Shown: positions 32,767 through 43,300 of the stretch, one piece after another
How the letters are laid out: each line of letters opens with the position of its first letter
How positions within the stretch are numbered: position 1 is the first letter of the stretch
Assembly (NCBI GenBank): GCA_965207225.1
Contig: CBDBLV010000005.1
Location: 1,984,001 to 2,048,000, forward strand
From: Dehalococcoidia bacterium
GTDB taxonomy: Bacteria; Chloroflexota; Dehalococcoidia; Plut-88900
DNA: 64,000 bases
Direction: 5' to 3'
Notes under the pieces: generated by a model
Databases searched by the model: none
What the model was told of the DNA's origin: nothing
What the model saw: the letters and a program-made list of their open reading frames with translations, nothing else
Made by a program: the position numbers and the translations under genes

Positions 32767-33747
32767 ATGAGCGACATCCTCACCGGGACTCCCCCCGACC
32801 TCACCTACGCCCACGACCTGGTGCAGCAGGCGTGGATGGTCGTCTGGGCCATCACGTCGGGCGCCCTAATCGTGATCCTGGGCTGGATGGGGCTGTCCCT
32901 CATCGTGTCCGAGCACCTCGGAAGGTCTCAGACAGGTTGGCGGGAGATGGTCCCCCGGCTGGTGCTGGGGCTTGTGGCCGCCGCGTCCTCCCTGTGGTGG
33001 TGCGCCCTGGTCATCGACGTGGCCGACGCCGTGTCCGGCTTCGTCGCGGTATCTCTGAACGTCACCGCCGGGGACATGCTCAGGTCCACCCTCAAGACCC
33101 TGCTCACGGCGGTTCAGGCCGGAAGCGTGGGCATGGCGTTGCTGCTGGCCCTTCTCTACCTGGTCTACGGCTTCTTCGTCCTCTACGTCATCGTGCAGAT
33201 GATCCTGCGCCTTGCGTTGATCGACATCCTCCTGGCCCTGGCCCCCATCGCCTTGGGGCTGTGGATTCTGCCGCACACGGCGGGCTGGGGCCGCCACTGG
33301 CTCAGGCTCTTCATGACGACCACCTTCCAGCAGGCGATCCAGCTCATCGCGTTGGCGTTGGGGTTCGGGTTCCTGAACGAGGTGGCCGCCATCGCGGCCT
33401 TCGAGCCGGTGCAGGACCTGGCCTGGAAGCTCTTGATGAGCCTGGCCTTCGTCTACATGGCAACCCGGGTGCCGTCCCTCTTGGGCAACGCCGGCACCTT
33501 CGACTCCTGGCTTTCGATGCTCTACTTCGGCATGAACCTGCCCGCGTCCTTCGTGCGCTCTGCAAAGACCATCGGGCTGATGGCCGGGGGAGCGGCGGGC
33601 GGGCCGGGAGGCGTTGCGGTCGGAGCGGTTGCTGCCAGTGCGGGGCTGTCGGCTGCGGCTGGCGGCCTCAGCTCGGCGGCTTCCATGGCGACCCCGTCGG
33701 GCGGCGGAGACATGGGCGGCGAAGCCCCCAGGAGCGCGAACGAGTAA
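32767..33747 (+). CDS. TrbL/VirB6-like conjugative membrane protein
   Basis: Multiple TM helices; LRLALIDILLALAPIALGLWILPHTAGWGRHW; Gly/Ala-rich tail. Confidence 0.75.
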   Translation: MSDILTGTPPDLTYAHDLVQQAWMVVWAITSGALIVILGWMGLSLIVSEHLGRSQTGWREMVPRLVLGLVAAASSLWWCALVIDVADAVSGFVAVSLNVTAGDMLRSTLKTLLTAVQAGSVGMALLLALLYLVYGFFVLYVIVQMILRLALIDILLALAPIALGLWILPHTAGWGRHWLRLFMTTTFQQAIQLIALALGFGFLNEVAAIAAFEPVQDLAWKLLMSLAFVYMATRVPSLLGNAGTFDSWLSMLYFGMNLPASFVRSAKTIGLMAGGAAGGPGGVAVGAVAASAGLSAAAGGLSSAASMATPSGGGDMGGEAPRSANE

Positions 33748-33890
33748 CGACTAGCAAATCCACAGGCGCGGACGAGACAAGCGCCGACCGATACCACGAC
33801 GGAGGCGGAGCGATGTGCATGTGACGGAGCTGACAGACACCAACCGATAGAGACGAGCGGAAGGCTCGAAGAACGAAGGGAGAAAAACGA

Positions 33891-34175
33891 ATGGAAAACC
33901 TGACACAGACCATATCGAACCTGGTGGGCATCCTGCTGGGGATCGTGGGAGTCGTGGGCGTGGGCTTCTTCATCTACGGGGCCTACCTGTACCTGACGGC
34001 CAGCGGAGCACCCCACCAGATGGAGCGTGGCAAGAGCGCCATGATGACCGCCCTCGCGGGCATCGTCCTGGCGATGGTGGCCTACGGGGTCGTCGAGCTG
34101 GTGATGAACGCGGTGGTGGGCAACCCCGTGGAGATCGATGTGCCCAACCCAGCCACACCCACCCCCGAGGAATAG
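33891..34175 (+). CDS. TrbC/VirB2-like pilin
   Basis: FFIYGAYLYLTASGAPHQMERGKSAMMTALAGIVL. Confidence 0.75.
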   Translation: MENLTQTISNLVGILLGIVGVVGVGFFIYGAYLYLTASGAPHQMERGKSAMMTALAGIVLAMVAYGVVELVMNAVVGNPVEIDVPNPATPTPEE

Positions 34176-34193
34176 GTGAAGGGAGAGAAAGCA

Positions 34194-35873
34194 ATGAGAG
34201 AACACGAGGTACCGACCCATGTGCAGGCCGAGGACAGGGTGCTGCTGTGGTTCACCTTCCCGCAGATCGTGGCGGTGGTGGCGGTGTGCGCCCTGTCCTA
34301 CGGCGCATACCGCTACGCACCCGTTGGGCCGTCCGAGGTGCGGATGGGATTCGCCGTCCTGTTCGGGCTGATGGGCATCGCAGTAGTGGTGGGAAAGATA
34401 GGAGGTCGGCGGCTGCCGCTGGTGGCCGCCGACCTCCTCAAGTACCGGCTTGGGGCACGGGTCTACGCCGGGCCTGTGTCCGGGCTGGTGCGTCCTGAGT
34501 CGCCCGCCCCGTTGCAGCCGGTGAAGAGCGGCCCCGGCCCCCTGCGGCTGATGGCAAGGCGGGCCGGAAAGGCCCTCAAGAGGCTGCGCCGCCGCAGGAA
34601 GCAGAAGCGCAACGGGGAAAGAAAACCCTTCCGTCCCCACTGCTGGTTCGGCAAGCGTCGTTCCCGCAAGGCGGGCCGCGACAGCCAGGGCCACGGACCA
34701 AAGGGTTGGATAGCGGTCATGGCGGTCGTCGCAGTGGCGGCCGCCGCCACGGTTCCCCAGTCGGTCCTTGCCGACGGCCACGAGCCGTGGCGCGACGAGA
34801 TCGACTTCGAGGTGACGGAGCCTGTCGAGGGTAGGCGGATATTCGTCGAATCCCTCGCCGTCTCCGGCGACCGGGCCGCGGTGACCCTGAGGGCGGCCAC
34901 CGACCTGGACATCAGGGTGAGAGCCTTCGGCGGCAGCCAGGGCACGGCCCTGCGCTTCTGGGGTTCGGCGATGCTGACGGAGAGGGAGAGCATCGACTAT
35001 TCGCTGCCCCTCAACGGACCAATGCCCTCCTTCACCGTTTCCTGGGAGGACGCGCTGGGACAGGCGGGGGCGCTCACCGTCGAGAGCGAGCAGATTCCCT
35101 ATCCCTTGCCAGTCGTTGAAGGCGAGCTATGCGATCTGCGCATTACATCCCTGGGCTGGACGCCGGGGTCCGTCACCGGCGTCGTCGAGTCCGACTGCGT
35201 TGATGCCGTCGAGCACCTAGTCGAGCTTCAGACGGTGGCCGGACATGAGAGCGTCACCGAGACGGCGCTCATGGACGCCGGGGTGACTGCCATCACGGGA
35301 ACGATCGTTGCCACGACGGGAGCATCGACCGCGAACGTCGAATTCGTCCCCGGCGGCGAGACGAGCTTCCGGCTCGCCGTGCCCACAGGCGAGGCGATTC
35401 ACGCCGTGAGCGTGGACGTGAGCCTTGAGGCTAGCCTACGCATCCCCATCCCTCCGCTTACGACGCTCACCCACCACCCGGAGCGGACGGAGAAGCGCAC
35501 CGAGACGGTGAGCCTGTACAGGCCGGGGACGACCCAAACCGTCAGCGAAACGGTCACCGTCACCAACGATGACGGAACGACCACGGAGCACACCGTCTCC
35601 GCCACCTTGTTGGTGCCCGGCGAGACGGTTCAGAAGGACGTGACCCTTACCATCGTCCACCCCGAGCACGTCAAGGCCGAGACGACCGACCGAGAACCCC
35701 TCACTAGGACAAGGGAAGAGTCCCTATCCCTGGCCTCGGAAATCGGGTCCGACGACGCCTTTGCGGCGCTGACTCTGCCGGAGCCTGAGCCTGAAGACCC
35801 GCCCGCCGAGCAGACGCCCGGCGGCGACCTGACCGACTGGTTCCGCCGGTTGGGATGGGAGTGGCCCTGGTGA
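34194..35873 (+). CDS. PrgI/VirB3-like N-terminus fused to a large extracellular domain
   Basis: HEVPTHVQAEDRVLLWFTFPQI plus 2 TM helices; third TM helix, then a Thr/Glu-rich beta region. Confidence 0.65.
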   Translation: MREHEVPTHVQAEDRVLLWFTFPQIVAVVAVCALSYGAYRYAPVGPSEVRMGFAVLFGLMGIAVVVGKIGGRRLPLVAADLLKYRLGARVYAGPVSGLVRPESPAPLQPVKSGPGPLRLMARRAGKALKRLRRRRKQKRNGERKPFRPHCWFGKRRSRKAGRDSQGHGPKGWIAVMAVVAVAAAATVPQSVLADGHEPWRDEIDFEVTEPVEGRRIFVESLAVSGDRAAVTLRAATDLDIRVRAFGGSQGTALRFWGSAMLTERESIDYSLPLNGPMPSFTVSWEDALGQAGALTVESEQIPYPLPVVEGELCDLRITSLGWTPGSVTGVVESDCVDAVEHLVELQTVAGHESVTETALMDAGVTAITGTIVATTGASTANVEFVPGGETSFRLAVPTGEAIHAVSVDVSLEASLRIPIPPLTTLTHHPERTEKRTETVSLYRPGTTQTVSETVTVTNDDGTTTEHTVSATLLVPGETVQKDVTLTIVHPEHVKAETTDREPLTRTREESLSLASEIGSDDAFAALTLPEPEPEDPPAEQTPGGDLTDWFRRLGWEWPW

Positions 35874-36187
35874 GGCGATTCCTGACGGCAATCCTCCTTG
35901 CCGGGGCTGCGTTGGCGACCGTCGGCGCGGCCCCGGCGGAGAAGGAAGCGATGCTGGCCGCCTTCGATGCGGTGCTGACCGCGATGGCCTACGCCGCCGC
36001 CGGACTCGCCGTCTTCGCCGTCGTCTGGGCGGGGTTCGTCCTGATGGCCGAGGGCGCGGAGGAGCGTGGCGGCGGCAGGGCCAAGACCGCAGTGGTGCTG
36101 GCCGTCATCGGCCTGGCGCTGGTTCTGTCCGCCAAGGGCGTCGCCGCGCTGCTGAGCCACGGCGTCATCCCCATTCCAGTCCCCTAG
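35870..36187 (+). CDS. Second VirB2-like pilin
   Basis: VVWAGFVLMAEG...RAKTAVVLAVIGLALVL. Confidence 0.65.
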   Translation: MRRFLTAILLAGAALATVGAAPAEKEAMLAAFDAVLTAMAYAAAGLAVFAVVWAGFVLMAEGAEERGGGRAKTAVVLAVIGLALVLSAKGVAALLSHGVIPIPVP

Positions 36188-37576
36188 TGAGAAAAGGAAG
36201 CGAACGAAGTGAAAGAGTTTTTTCTGAACCTGATGAGAGGCGGAGAGCGGCATCCCTCAGAGGAGGGCGATGTTCAGACGCGCAATGCGAACATCGAAAC
36301 GAAGACCCGTTCCACGTCGGAGCCGCCCGCGCCGAAACTCCCGCCCGACCTGCCCCTGTTCTTCATGCTGTCGCACGTCGAGGAGGGCGGCCCGGTGCGG
36401 CTGGACGGGGTGAAGGTGGGAGTGTGCGAGGTGATGGGGCTCGAAATCGACGAGCCGAAGCTGGGGGCCTTCGCCGGGGCGCTCAACGCCCTCGACTTCC
36501 CCGTGCAGTTGCTCATTCGCCAGCACCCTCCACGTCTTGGCGGGCTGAGGGAGAAGCTGCAAGAGGCCCAGCCCGACGACCTTCCCCAGCAGACCAGAGC
36601 CGCCGCCGAGTCGCTGAACCGGCTGCTGACCGACCTGGAGGCCCGGGACGGCATCCTGGACCGGCGCTTCTACGCCGTCTGCGAGCACGCCCGCATCGAC
36701 GAGCTGCGGGGTCTGCTGGCGAGGGCCGGACTCTCCGTCCACCCCCTCAGGGGCAGGCAGCTTCGAATGTTTTTTGTTTCGGCGGCCTTAGGTGGTTCTC
36801 CGACCGAGTACGACGAGGAGACGACCGTCAAGGTGCAAGTAAAGAGACGCGAGATGAGCATCGGAGACCGCCTGGCCCGCTCCCTTCACCTGGGCAAGTG
36901 GCCGAGATCGTTGGCCCCGGGGTTCCTGCAAGGACTCATGGCGGCGGGAGCGCCCATGGACCTGTCCATTCACCTGGGGTCGATCCCAGCAGAGCAGGCG
37001 GCCCGCACCCTCGAATGGCAGAAGGTCAGGTTCGAGTCGGCGCAATCACTGTCGTTCAAGCGGGGGCGAACCATGTCGCCGGAGGCCGAGATCGCCCTGG
37101 AGGACGTGACAAGGCTCAGGGACGAGGTGCAGAGGGGCAGGGAGCGCCTATTTCACTCCTCTTTATCCGTGACCCTCCACGCGAAGGACGAGGCGTCGCT
37201 GAAGGAGATGACCCAGAGGGCCAAGGCCCATTTTGCCGCCACTCTCGGCAAGCTGGACAACCTGGCCTTCCGCCAACGCGAGGGGCTGCTCTCGACGCTG
37301 CCCCTGGCCCTGAACGCCGTGGCCGAGTGGAGGACGCTGGACACATCGTCTCTTGCTCGCCTCTTTCCCTTCTCGCCGCCCGACCTGGATACCCGCAGCG
37401 GCACCCTCTACGGCATCGACATGCGGGCCTGCTCCCCGGTGGTCTACGACCCCTGGGACGGCACCCACCTCAACTGTCAATGCTAAGTTAGATTTGACCC
37501 TTTTCCGCTAAGTTAGAACTGACCCACCTTGTCGTTAAGTCGCCTCCTTTCTGGCAAGCAAGAGTGCCTGTTGGAT

Positions 37577-38380
37577 TTAGACGTCGCCGGAGCTAGCGGC
37601 TTCAGGCGATGTCGATAGCAGTTGATGGGAGGCGAAGAGTCCGGCCTGCCTCTTGCCTTTAAGCCGGTAGCTCTCGCCTCGGATGTTGAGGACGTGGCTG
37701 TGGTGCAGCAGCCGGTCCAGGATGGCCGAGGCGATGACGGTATCGCCCAGAAGCTCACCCCACTCGGCGAAGCCCTTGTTGGAGGTGAGGATGATGCTGC
37801 CCCGCTCATAGCGAGCCGACACCAGGGTGAAGAAGGCGGTGGAGGCGTCCCGGTCGTAAGGCCAGATGCCGAACTCGTCCACGATGAGTAGCTTGGGCGA
37901 CAGGTAGACCCGCATGCGCCGTTGGAGGTTGTTCTCCACCCTGGCCTTCCTCAGGTCCTCCATCAGGTCGTAGGCTCGGACGAAGTAGGCCCCCTGGCTC
38001 TTCTCGATGGCCTTGAGCGCTAGGGCCACCGCCAGATGGGTCTTGCCCACACCTGGCGGTCCCAGGAGCAGCAGGTTGGTGGCTTCAGCGACGAAGGACA
38101 GGCCGGCCAGTTCCCGCACCTGTCGCTCGTCGATGGAGGGCTGGAACGAGAAGTCGAACTGCTCCAAGGTCCGGTGGAAGGGGAGGTGAGCCAGCTTCGT
38201 CCTGGTGGACATGTACCGCTCCTTCCGGGCGGCCACTTCCACGCCGAGTAGCTCTGCCAGCATCTCGGGGTAGGTCAGTTTCTTGGTGGCCGCAGCGTCC
38301 AGGGAGTTGTCCAGGGCTTCGACGGCCTGCTTGAGGCCCAGCGTCTCCAGGTGCTGGCGAGCCTGTTCCAGCGCGATCAT
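37577..38380 (-). CDS. istB: IS21 helper ATPase
   Basis: GPPGVGKTHLA, LLIVDEFG, ILDRLLHH, GESYRLK. Confidence 0.95.
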   Translation of the reverse strand: MIALEQARQHLETLGLKQAVEALDNSLDAAATKKLTYPEMLAELLGVEVAARKERYMSTRTKLAHLPFHRTLEQFDFSFQPSIDERQVRELAGLSFVAEATNLLLLGPPGVGKTHLAVALALKAIEKSQGAYFVRAYDLMEDLRKARVENNLQRRMRVYLSPKLLIVDEFGIWPYDRDASTAFFTLVSARYERGSIILTSNKGFAEWGELLGDTVIASAILDRLLHHSHVLNIRGESYRLKGKRQAGLFASHQLLSTSPEAASSGDV

Positions 38381-39612
38381 CGCCCACCTCCCACCGCTGC
38401 CAACTCGTACACCTCCAGGGAGCGGCGCTCCACTTGGCCCACAGGGATCTGCACCGCCACGGCTTCCTTACGAGGACGATCATCGCCGCCGGGCAGTCCG
38501 TCCCACTGGCCCGGCAGTGTGAGGCGCTGACCGGTCCGCTGGGCTTGGGGATGCACCGCCAGCCGCACGTCGCCCGACCAGACCTCCACCGTACCGGCCC
38601 GCACACCCACCTGGACCGTCGAACCCGCCCAGCTCCAGGGCACGCCGTAGCGAGACCTCTCCCAGTGGACGTAGCCGTCCCTGGCCACCTTCCGCTCCTC
38701 CCGCATGTAGGGCGCAAGGCCCGAACGCGGCGGCAGGCTGCCCAGGTGGGCGAGCTCCTCAGCCAGCATCTCTCGGGGGACCCGGTGCGTCGTCCCATGG
38801 ACTCGCCGATTGGCCACCGCATCGCACCACTCCAGGGCCTGGCGGTTCATGTCTGCGTCGTCGGTGAAGCGGACACCGGGCCACAGGTTGCCCCGGACGT
38901 ACTTCACGCCGCTCTCCACCTTGCCCTTCGTCTGCGCTCGGTAGGGTCGGCACAGACGGAGGTCGAAGCCCATTCGCAGTGAGAAGTCCAGCATCCGGCT
39001 GTTCCACTCCGGCCTGCCCTCCCTGTCACGCCCCAGGACCACCACCTTGGCGTTGTCGTACAGGCAGCGGCGGGGAACACCACCGAAGTACTCGAAGGCG
39101 TTCAGATGGCACCTGATGAAGGTCGCCACGTCGGCGCGCCGGACGAACTCCACGTAGATGGTCCGAGACCAGCTCAGCACCATCACGAAGGCCCAGACCC
39201 GGTGCTTGCGCCCGTCCTCTCCGACATAGGCGAAGCTGCCCCAGTCCACCTGTGCCTGCTCGCCTGGCGCCGTCTCGAACCGCACCGTCGCACGGGGCTG
39301 ACGCGGCCGACGCCGAGGCCGCACGTAGTTGGTCAGCGTCGGATAGCTGCCGTCGTAGCCCAACTCCCGGATCTCCCGCAGCAGCACCACGCAGTTGTCC
39401 ACTCCCGCCGACAGCCGACCATCTATGTGACCCTTGTATGGGTCCAGCTTCGACCCCTGCTTCTCTCGCCGCTTGGCCTTGGGCACCTCGTCGGAGCGCA
39501 CGTACTTGCGCACGGTGTTCCGGGAAATCCCCAACTCCCTCGATATCCCTCGGATCGAGCTTCCATCGCCCTTCAACTCGTATAACTCTCTCACTAACCC
39601 ACCTCCTATCAT
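38377..39612 (-). CDS. istA: IS21 transposase
   Basis: RFETAPGEQAQVDWG, LYDNAK, QTKGKVE. Confidence 0.95.
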   Translation of the reverse strand: MIGGGLVRELYELKGDGSSIRGISRELGISRNTVRKYVRSDEVPKAKRREKQGSKLDPYKGHIDGRLSAGVDNCVVLLREIRELGYDGSYPTLTNYVRPRRRPRQPRATVRFETAPGEQAQVDWGSFAYVGEDGRKHRVWAFVMVLSWSRTIYVEFVRRADVATFIRCHLNAFEYFGGVPRRCLYDNAKVVVLGRDREGRPEWNSRMLDFSLRMGFDLRLCRPYRAQTKGKVESGVKYVRGNLWPGVRFTDDADMNRQALEWCDAVANRRVHGTTHRVPREMLAEELAHLGSLPPRSGLAPYMREERKVARDGYVHWERSRYGVPWSWAGSTVQVGVRAGTVEVWSGDVRLAVHPQAQRTGQRLTLPGQWDGLPGGDDRPRKEAVAVQIPVGQVERRSLEVYELAAVGGGR

Positions 39613-40768
39613 TTGACTTGCTGCACCTCCTAATCGGTTTCCCGACGAAGATGCGTCCGCTATCGGGGTGGGTCAATTCCAAATTAGCGCTACTGGGTCA
39701 GTTTAGAGTTAGCACTAACACAACGCCAACACGGCAGTCCTCGCACGGTCGGGCAGCGGCAAGTCTTTCGCAACCAAGCTCGGAGTGCTCAGGGGATTGA
39801 CGCGCGGCGTCACCGCCTACGTCATCGACCCTGAAGGGGAGTACGCGGACATGGCTCGCGCCGCCGGAGGCAGGGTGCTGTCTCCCGGAGTGGAAGGCCA
39901 GGGCATGAACCCTTTCGTCATCGACCGGGGAGACGACGAGGAGCTGCTCCAGAGGATCGGGAGCCTGAGAAGGCTCATCGAGGTGATGGTGGGTGAGAGT
40001 CTCGGAGCGGAGCGCAGGGCCTCCCTGGACCACGCCCTGGCGGGCTACTACGCCCAGCACCGCGAACGCACAGGCTTCCGCGATTTCTACAAATACCTGG
40101 AAGGGCAGGCCCCGGACATAGCCCACCTGCTGAGGCCCTTCGCCACCGGCAGCCTCCGCAACCTCCTCTCCGACGAGGGGGACGACCTGCTGGGGAGCGA
40201 AGCACTCGTCACCGTCTTCGACCTGCGTCTCCTCGAACCGGAGCTTAGGCCCGCAGCGGCGATGGTCTGCACCGAGACGGTGTGGGCGGCGGCCGCCCAG
40301 AACCCCAAGCCGAGGCTGCTGGTGGTGGACGAGGTGTGGAGCATCATGCAGCACCCCGAGGGCGCGGCCTTCATGGTGTCTATGGCGAAACGCGCCAGGA
40401 AACACCGGCTGGGGCTTCAGTTCATCACCCAGGACGTCCAGGACCTTTTGTCCGAGGACTCGTCGAGGACCATCACCGGCCATTCGGGGAGGGCGCTTCT
40501 CCAGAACGCCGCCTTCAAGCTGCTGTTGCAGCAGGACGCGGCGGCCATAGGCACCGTGGGCGACGCGTTCGACCTGCCCGAAGACCTCCAGCGCTGGCTG
40601 CTGTCGTGTCCCCGTGGGGACGGACTGTTGCTGGCGAAGGGACACCGCTTCCCCGTCCGCATCGAGGCCACCCCGGAGGAAACGGAGGTCATCAAGTGGA
40701 GACCGGGCGGACACCGACAGAGAGGCGAGAACGCAGAAGAGACCCATACGTAGGGAGGAGTAACAGAA

Positions 40769-43300
40769 ATGAAACAGAACCCGATACGCAAACTATTTGG
40801 AAGCGACGACAAGACCCCGGCGCTGCTTGCGGTGACGCCGCCGAGGACGGGCGAGCGGACGTTGCTGGGCGTGGAGAACCTCCTCCAGTCAATCGCGGTG
40901 CCTGAGCCCTTCTCTTTGGAGCTTGCCGGGGACATGGACGGCGTGACGCTGATGGCCCGGTGCATCGACGACCGGGTGGTACGCGGCCAGATCGCCGCCC
41001 ACTACCCCCAGGCCAGGATAGAGAAGGTGGACCCAAACAACGATCCCTTGCGCCTGGGAGACGGCGAGCAGGCGTGGTCGATGACGCTCAGGGCCGACGG
41101 CCCCGAGTACGTCCCCCTGCGCACCTTCCGGGACGACGACCTCCTCGACCCCGGCTCCGACCCTCTGATCGCCCTCATGGGCGCGCTGTCGTCCCTCTAC
41201 GAGGGGGAGCGCGTGGTGGCTCAACTCAAGCTGAACTCCCTCGGCCCCGACTGGTCCCAGCACCACATGGAGAAGGCCCACAAGCGGCCCGGCCAGGAGC
41301 AGCGGGAGCCGTCCTACACCTACCAAACCAAGCCCCTCCAGATGGACGGGGTGACCATGGCCGTCCTCGGCGTCGGCGCTCTCGCAGCCCTCCAAGGCTA
41401 CCTGTGGGTGCAGGACGGCGAGACGTGGAAGACGGTGCTGCTTGGCATCGGAACGGCCCTGGGGCTTGGCATCGGTGGCTGGGCATGGCACCGCTTCAAG
41501 AAGGCGAGGAACCGGGTCGAAGACCCCCTGCTCATCAGGGAGAAGGTCTCCCGCATCGCCTTCGACGCCGAGATACGGGTCACGGCGATCATGCCGGACG
41601 ACACGGGGCGCGAGCGGACCGAGGAGCTCATGAGGAGGGTTGCCGCCGCCTACCGGCACTTCGACAACCCGGCAGGGGCGAGGTTCAAGGTGAGCAAGGT
41701 AAGGCCCGTCGCTCCCGCCCCGGAGAACCTGCATCCCACAGGCCCCGGCCTGTTCGGCAGGCGCAGCGTCCTGGGGGTGCGGGAGGCCGCCTGCCTCTGG
41801 CACCCGCCGGGAGCGGGGAACGAGACGCCGTTGGTGGAGCGGTCTGGCGCGCGGGCGCTCAGCCCGTCGGCGAAGGGAGTCAGGGGCGGTGCGCTGGTGG
41901 GCGACACCACGGCGGGTACCAAGAGGGAGATCAGATTCCCCGACGACCTGCTGCGCCGTCACCACCTCTACGTGGCCCGCACCCGCATGGGCAAGTCCAC
42001 GCTGATGCACCACGTGGTCGCCCACAAGATGCGGGAGAAGGCGGCGGGCAGGGACGAAGACGCCATCGTCGTCATCGACCCCCACACCGACCTGGTGGCG
42101 GGCATCCTCGAACACGTCCCGAAGGAGATAGCCGACAGGGTGAGGCTGATAGACCTGTCGGACGCGAGCCGTTCCCCCGGCGTCAATCTGCTGGACACCC
42201 GCATATTCGCAGACCGCGACCGCACCGCCGACTCGGTGGTGCGGGTGGCCAAGGGCCTCTGGGACCAGTGGGGGCCGAGGATGCAGTCGATCCTGGAACA
42301 GACCGTCAAGACGCTGCACGAGGCCAACGAGCAGATGGAGGCCGAGCAGCAGTACACCATCCTCGACGGCCTGAAGCTGCTCTCGGACGATGAGTTCGCC
42401 AAGCAGGTGCGCAAGAGGGTCTCCGACCCCTACCTGCTGGAGTGGTGGGCCAGGGACTTCGGCAAGTGGGGCCGCCAGTACAAGGCGGAGGCCCTGGCCC
42501 CCGTCCAGACCCGTCTCTCCTACTACGCGTCCTCCAAGCGGGCGAGGGCCATCCTCGGGCAGCGCCGCTCCACCATCGACCTGAGAAGGACCATCCACGA
42601 CGGCGGCGTGCTGCTGGTCTCCACCTCCCAGGGAACGGTGGGCAGGGACGTGGCCGCCCTGGTGGGCGCGTCGCTCCTGAACCTGGTGGACGCCGTGATA
42701 CGGGAGCAGGGAAGTCTATCTCTCAGGGAACGTCGCGGCGCGCTGGTCGTCGTGGACGAGATGCAGTCCATGCCCGGCGTGGACTACGAGTCGATGTTGT
42801 CGGAGCTTGGGAAGTTCGGAGCGTCCTTCGTGCTGGCGACCCAGAGCCTGGCCAAGCTGGACGACCTCTCCCGCACCATGCGCGACACCATCCTCGCCAA
42901 CGTGGGGTGCCTCGCCGTCTTCCAGGTGGCCGGCTCAGACGCCAGGACCCTGGTGTGGGAGCTTGGCAAGGACCGGGTGTCCGAGGACGACATCGTGTCC
43001 CTGCCCGTGCACCACTGCTACGTCCGCGCCACCGTGGGCACCGAGCGGATGCCCGCCTTCTCGATGGAGGTGCGCAAGCCTGAGGAAGGAGACCCATCGG
43101 TCGCCGACCGCATACGTGCAGCTACGCAAGGCTACACCGTCTCGGCCCGCCAGGGAGACTACGCCGACGCCGAGGGCCACGAGAAGGTGGACGAATTTCA
43201 CAAAGGCGTCGAGGCATTGGAGCAGGCCGAACGGGAGGAGAACGACGAGCAGGCGACCGAGAACCACACCGACGAAGAGGACGAGGAGGTCGGAGAATGA
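40769..43300 (+). CDS. Type IV coupling protein (VirD4/TraD-like)
   Basis: 2 TM helices; HLYVARTRMGKST, VIDPH, VVDEMQ, LATQSLA. Confidence 0.8.
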   Translation: MKQNPIRKLFGSDDKTPALLAVTPPRTGERTLLGVENLLQSIAVPEPFSLELAGDMDGVTLMARCIDDRVVRGQIAAHYPQARIEKVDPNNDPLRLGDGEQAWSMTLRADGPEYVPLRTFRDDDLLDPGSDPLIALMGALSSLYEGERVVAQLKLNSLGPDWSQHHMEKAHKRPGQEQREPSYTYQTKPLQMDGVTMAVLGVGALAALQGYLWVQDGETWKTVLLGIGTALGLGIGGWAWHRFKKARNRVEDPLLIREKVSRIAFDAEIRVTAIMPDDTGRERTEELMRRVAAAYRHFDNPAGARFKVSKVRPVAPAPENLHPTGPGLFGRRSVLGVREAACLWHPPGAGNETPLVERSGARALSPSAKGVRGGALVGDTTAGTKREIRFPDDLLRRHHLYVARTRMGKSTLMHHVVAHKMREKAAGRDEDAIVVIDPHTDLVAGILEHVPKEIADRVRLIDLSDASRSPGVNLLDTRIFADRDRTADSVVRVAKGLWDQWGPRMQSILEQTVKTLHEANEQMEAEQQYTILDGLKLLSDDEFAKQVRKRVSDPYLLEWWARDFGKWGRQYKAEALAPVQTRLSYYASSKRARAILGQRRSTIDLRRTIHDGGVLLVSTSQGTVGRDVAALVGASLLNLVDAVIREQGSLSLRERRGALVVVDEMQSMPGVDYESMLSELGKFGASFVLATQSLAKLDDLSRTMRDTILANVGCLAVFQVAGSDARTLVWELGKDRVSEDDIVSLPVHHCYVRATVGTERMPAFSMEVRKPEEGDPSVADRIRAATQGYTVSARQGDYADAEGHEKVDEFHKGVEALEQAEREENDEQATENHTDEEDEEVGE

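Larger units (their letters stand above)
37475..39720 (-). mobile_element. IS21 family insertion sequence
   Basis: TGT...ACA ends with imperfect IRs containing GCTAA..TGACCC repeats; 4-bp target duplication CAAC (37471-37474, 39721-39724); istA-istB. Confidence 0.95.
36209..40753 (+). pseudogene. virB4: VirB4-like conjugative ATPase interrupted by IS21
   Basis: Removing the IS and one CAAC copy gives HLNANTAVLARSGSGKSF; later IDPEGEY, VVDEVW, KRARKH, TQDVQD. Confidence 0.88.

Noticed and set aside
32146-33747. Two in-frame ORFs separated by one stop, possibly a split VirB6
   Set aside because: A GGGAG RBS precedes the ATG at 32767, which fits two separate genes
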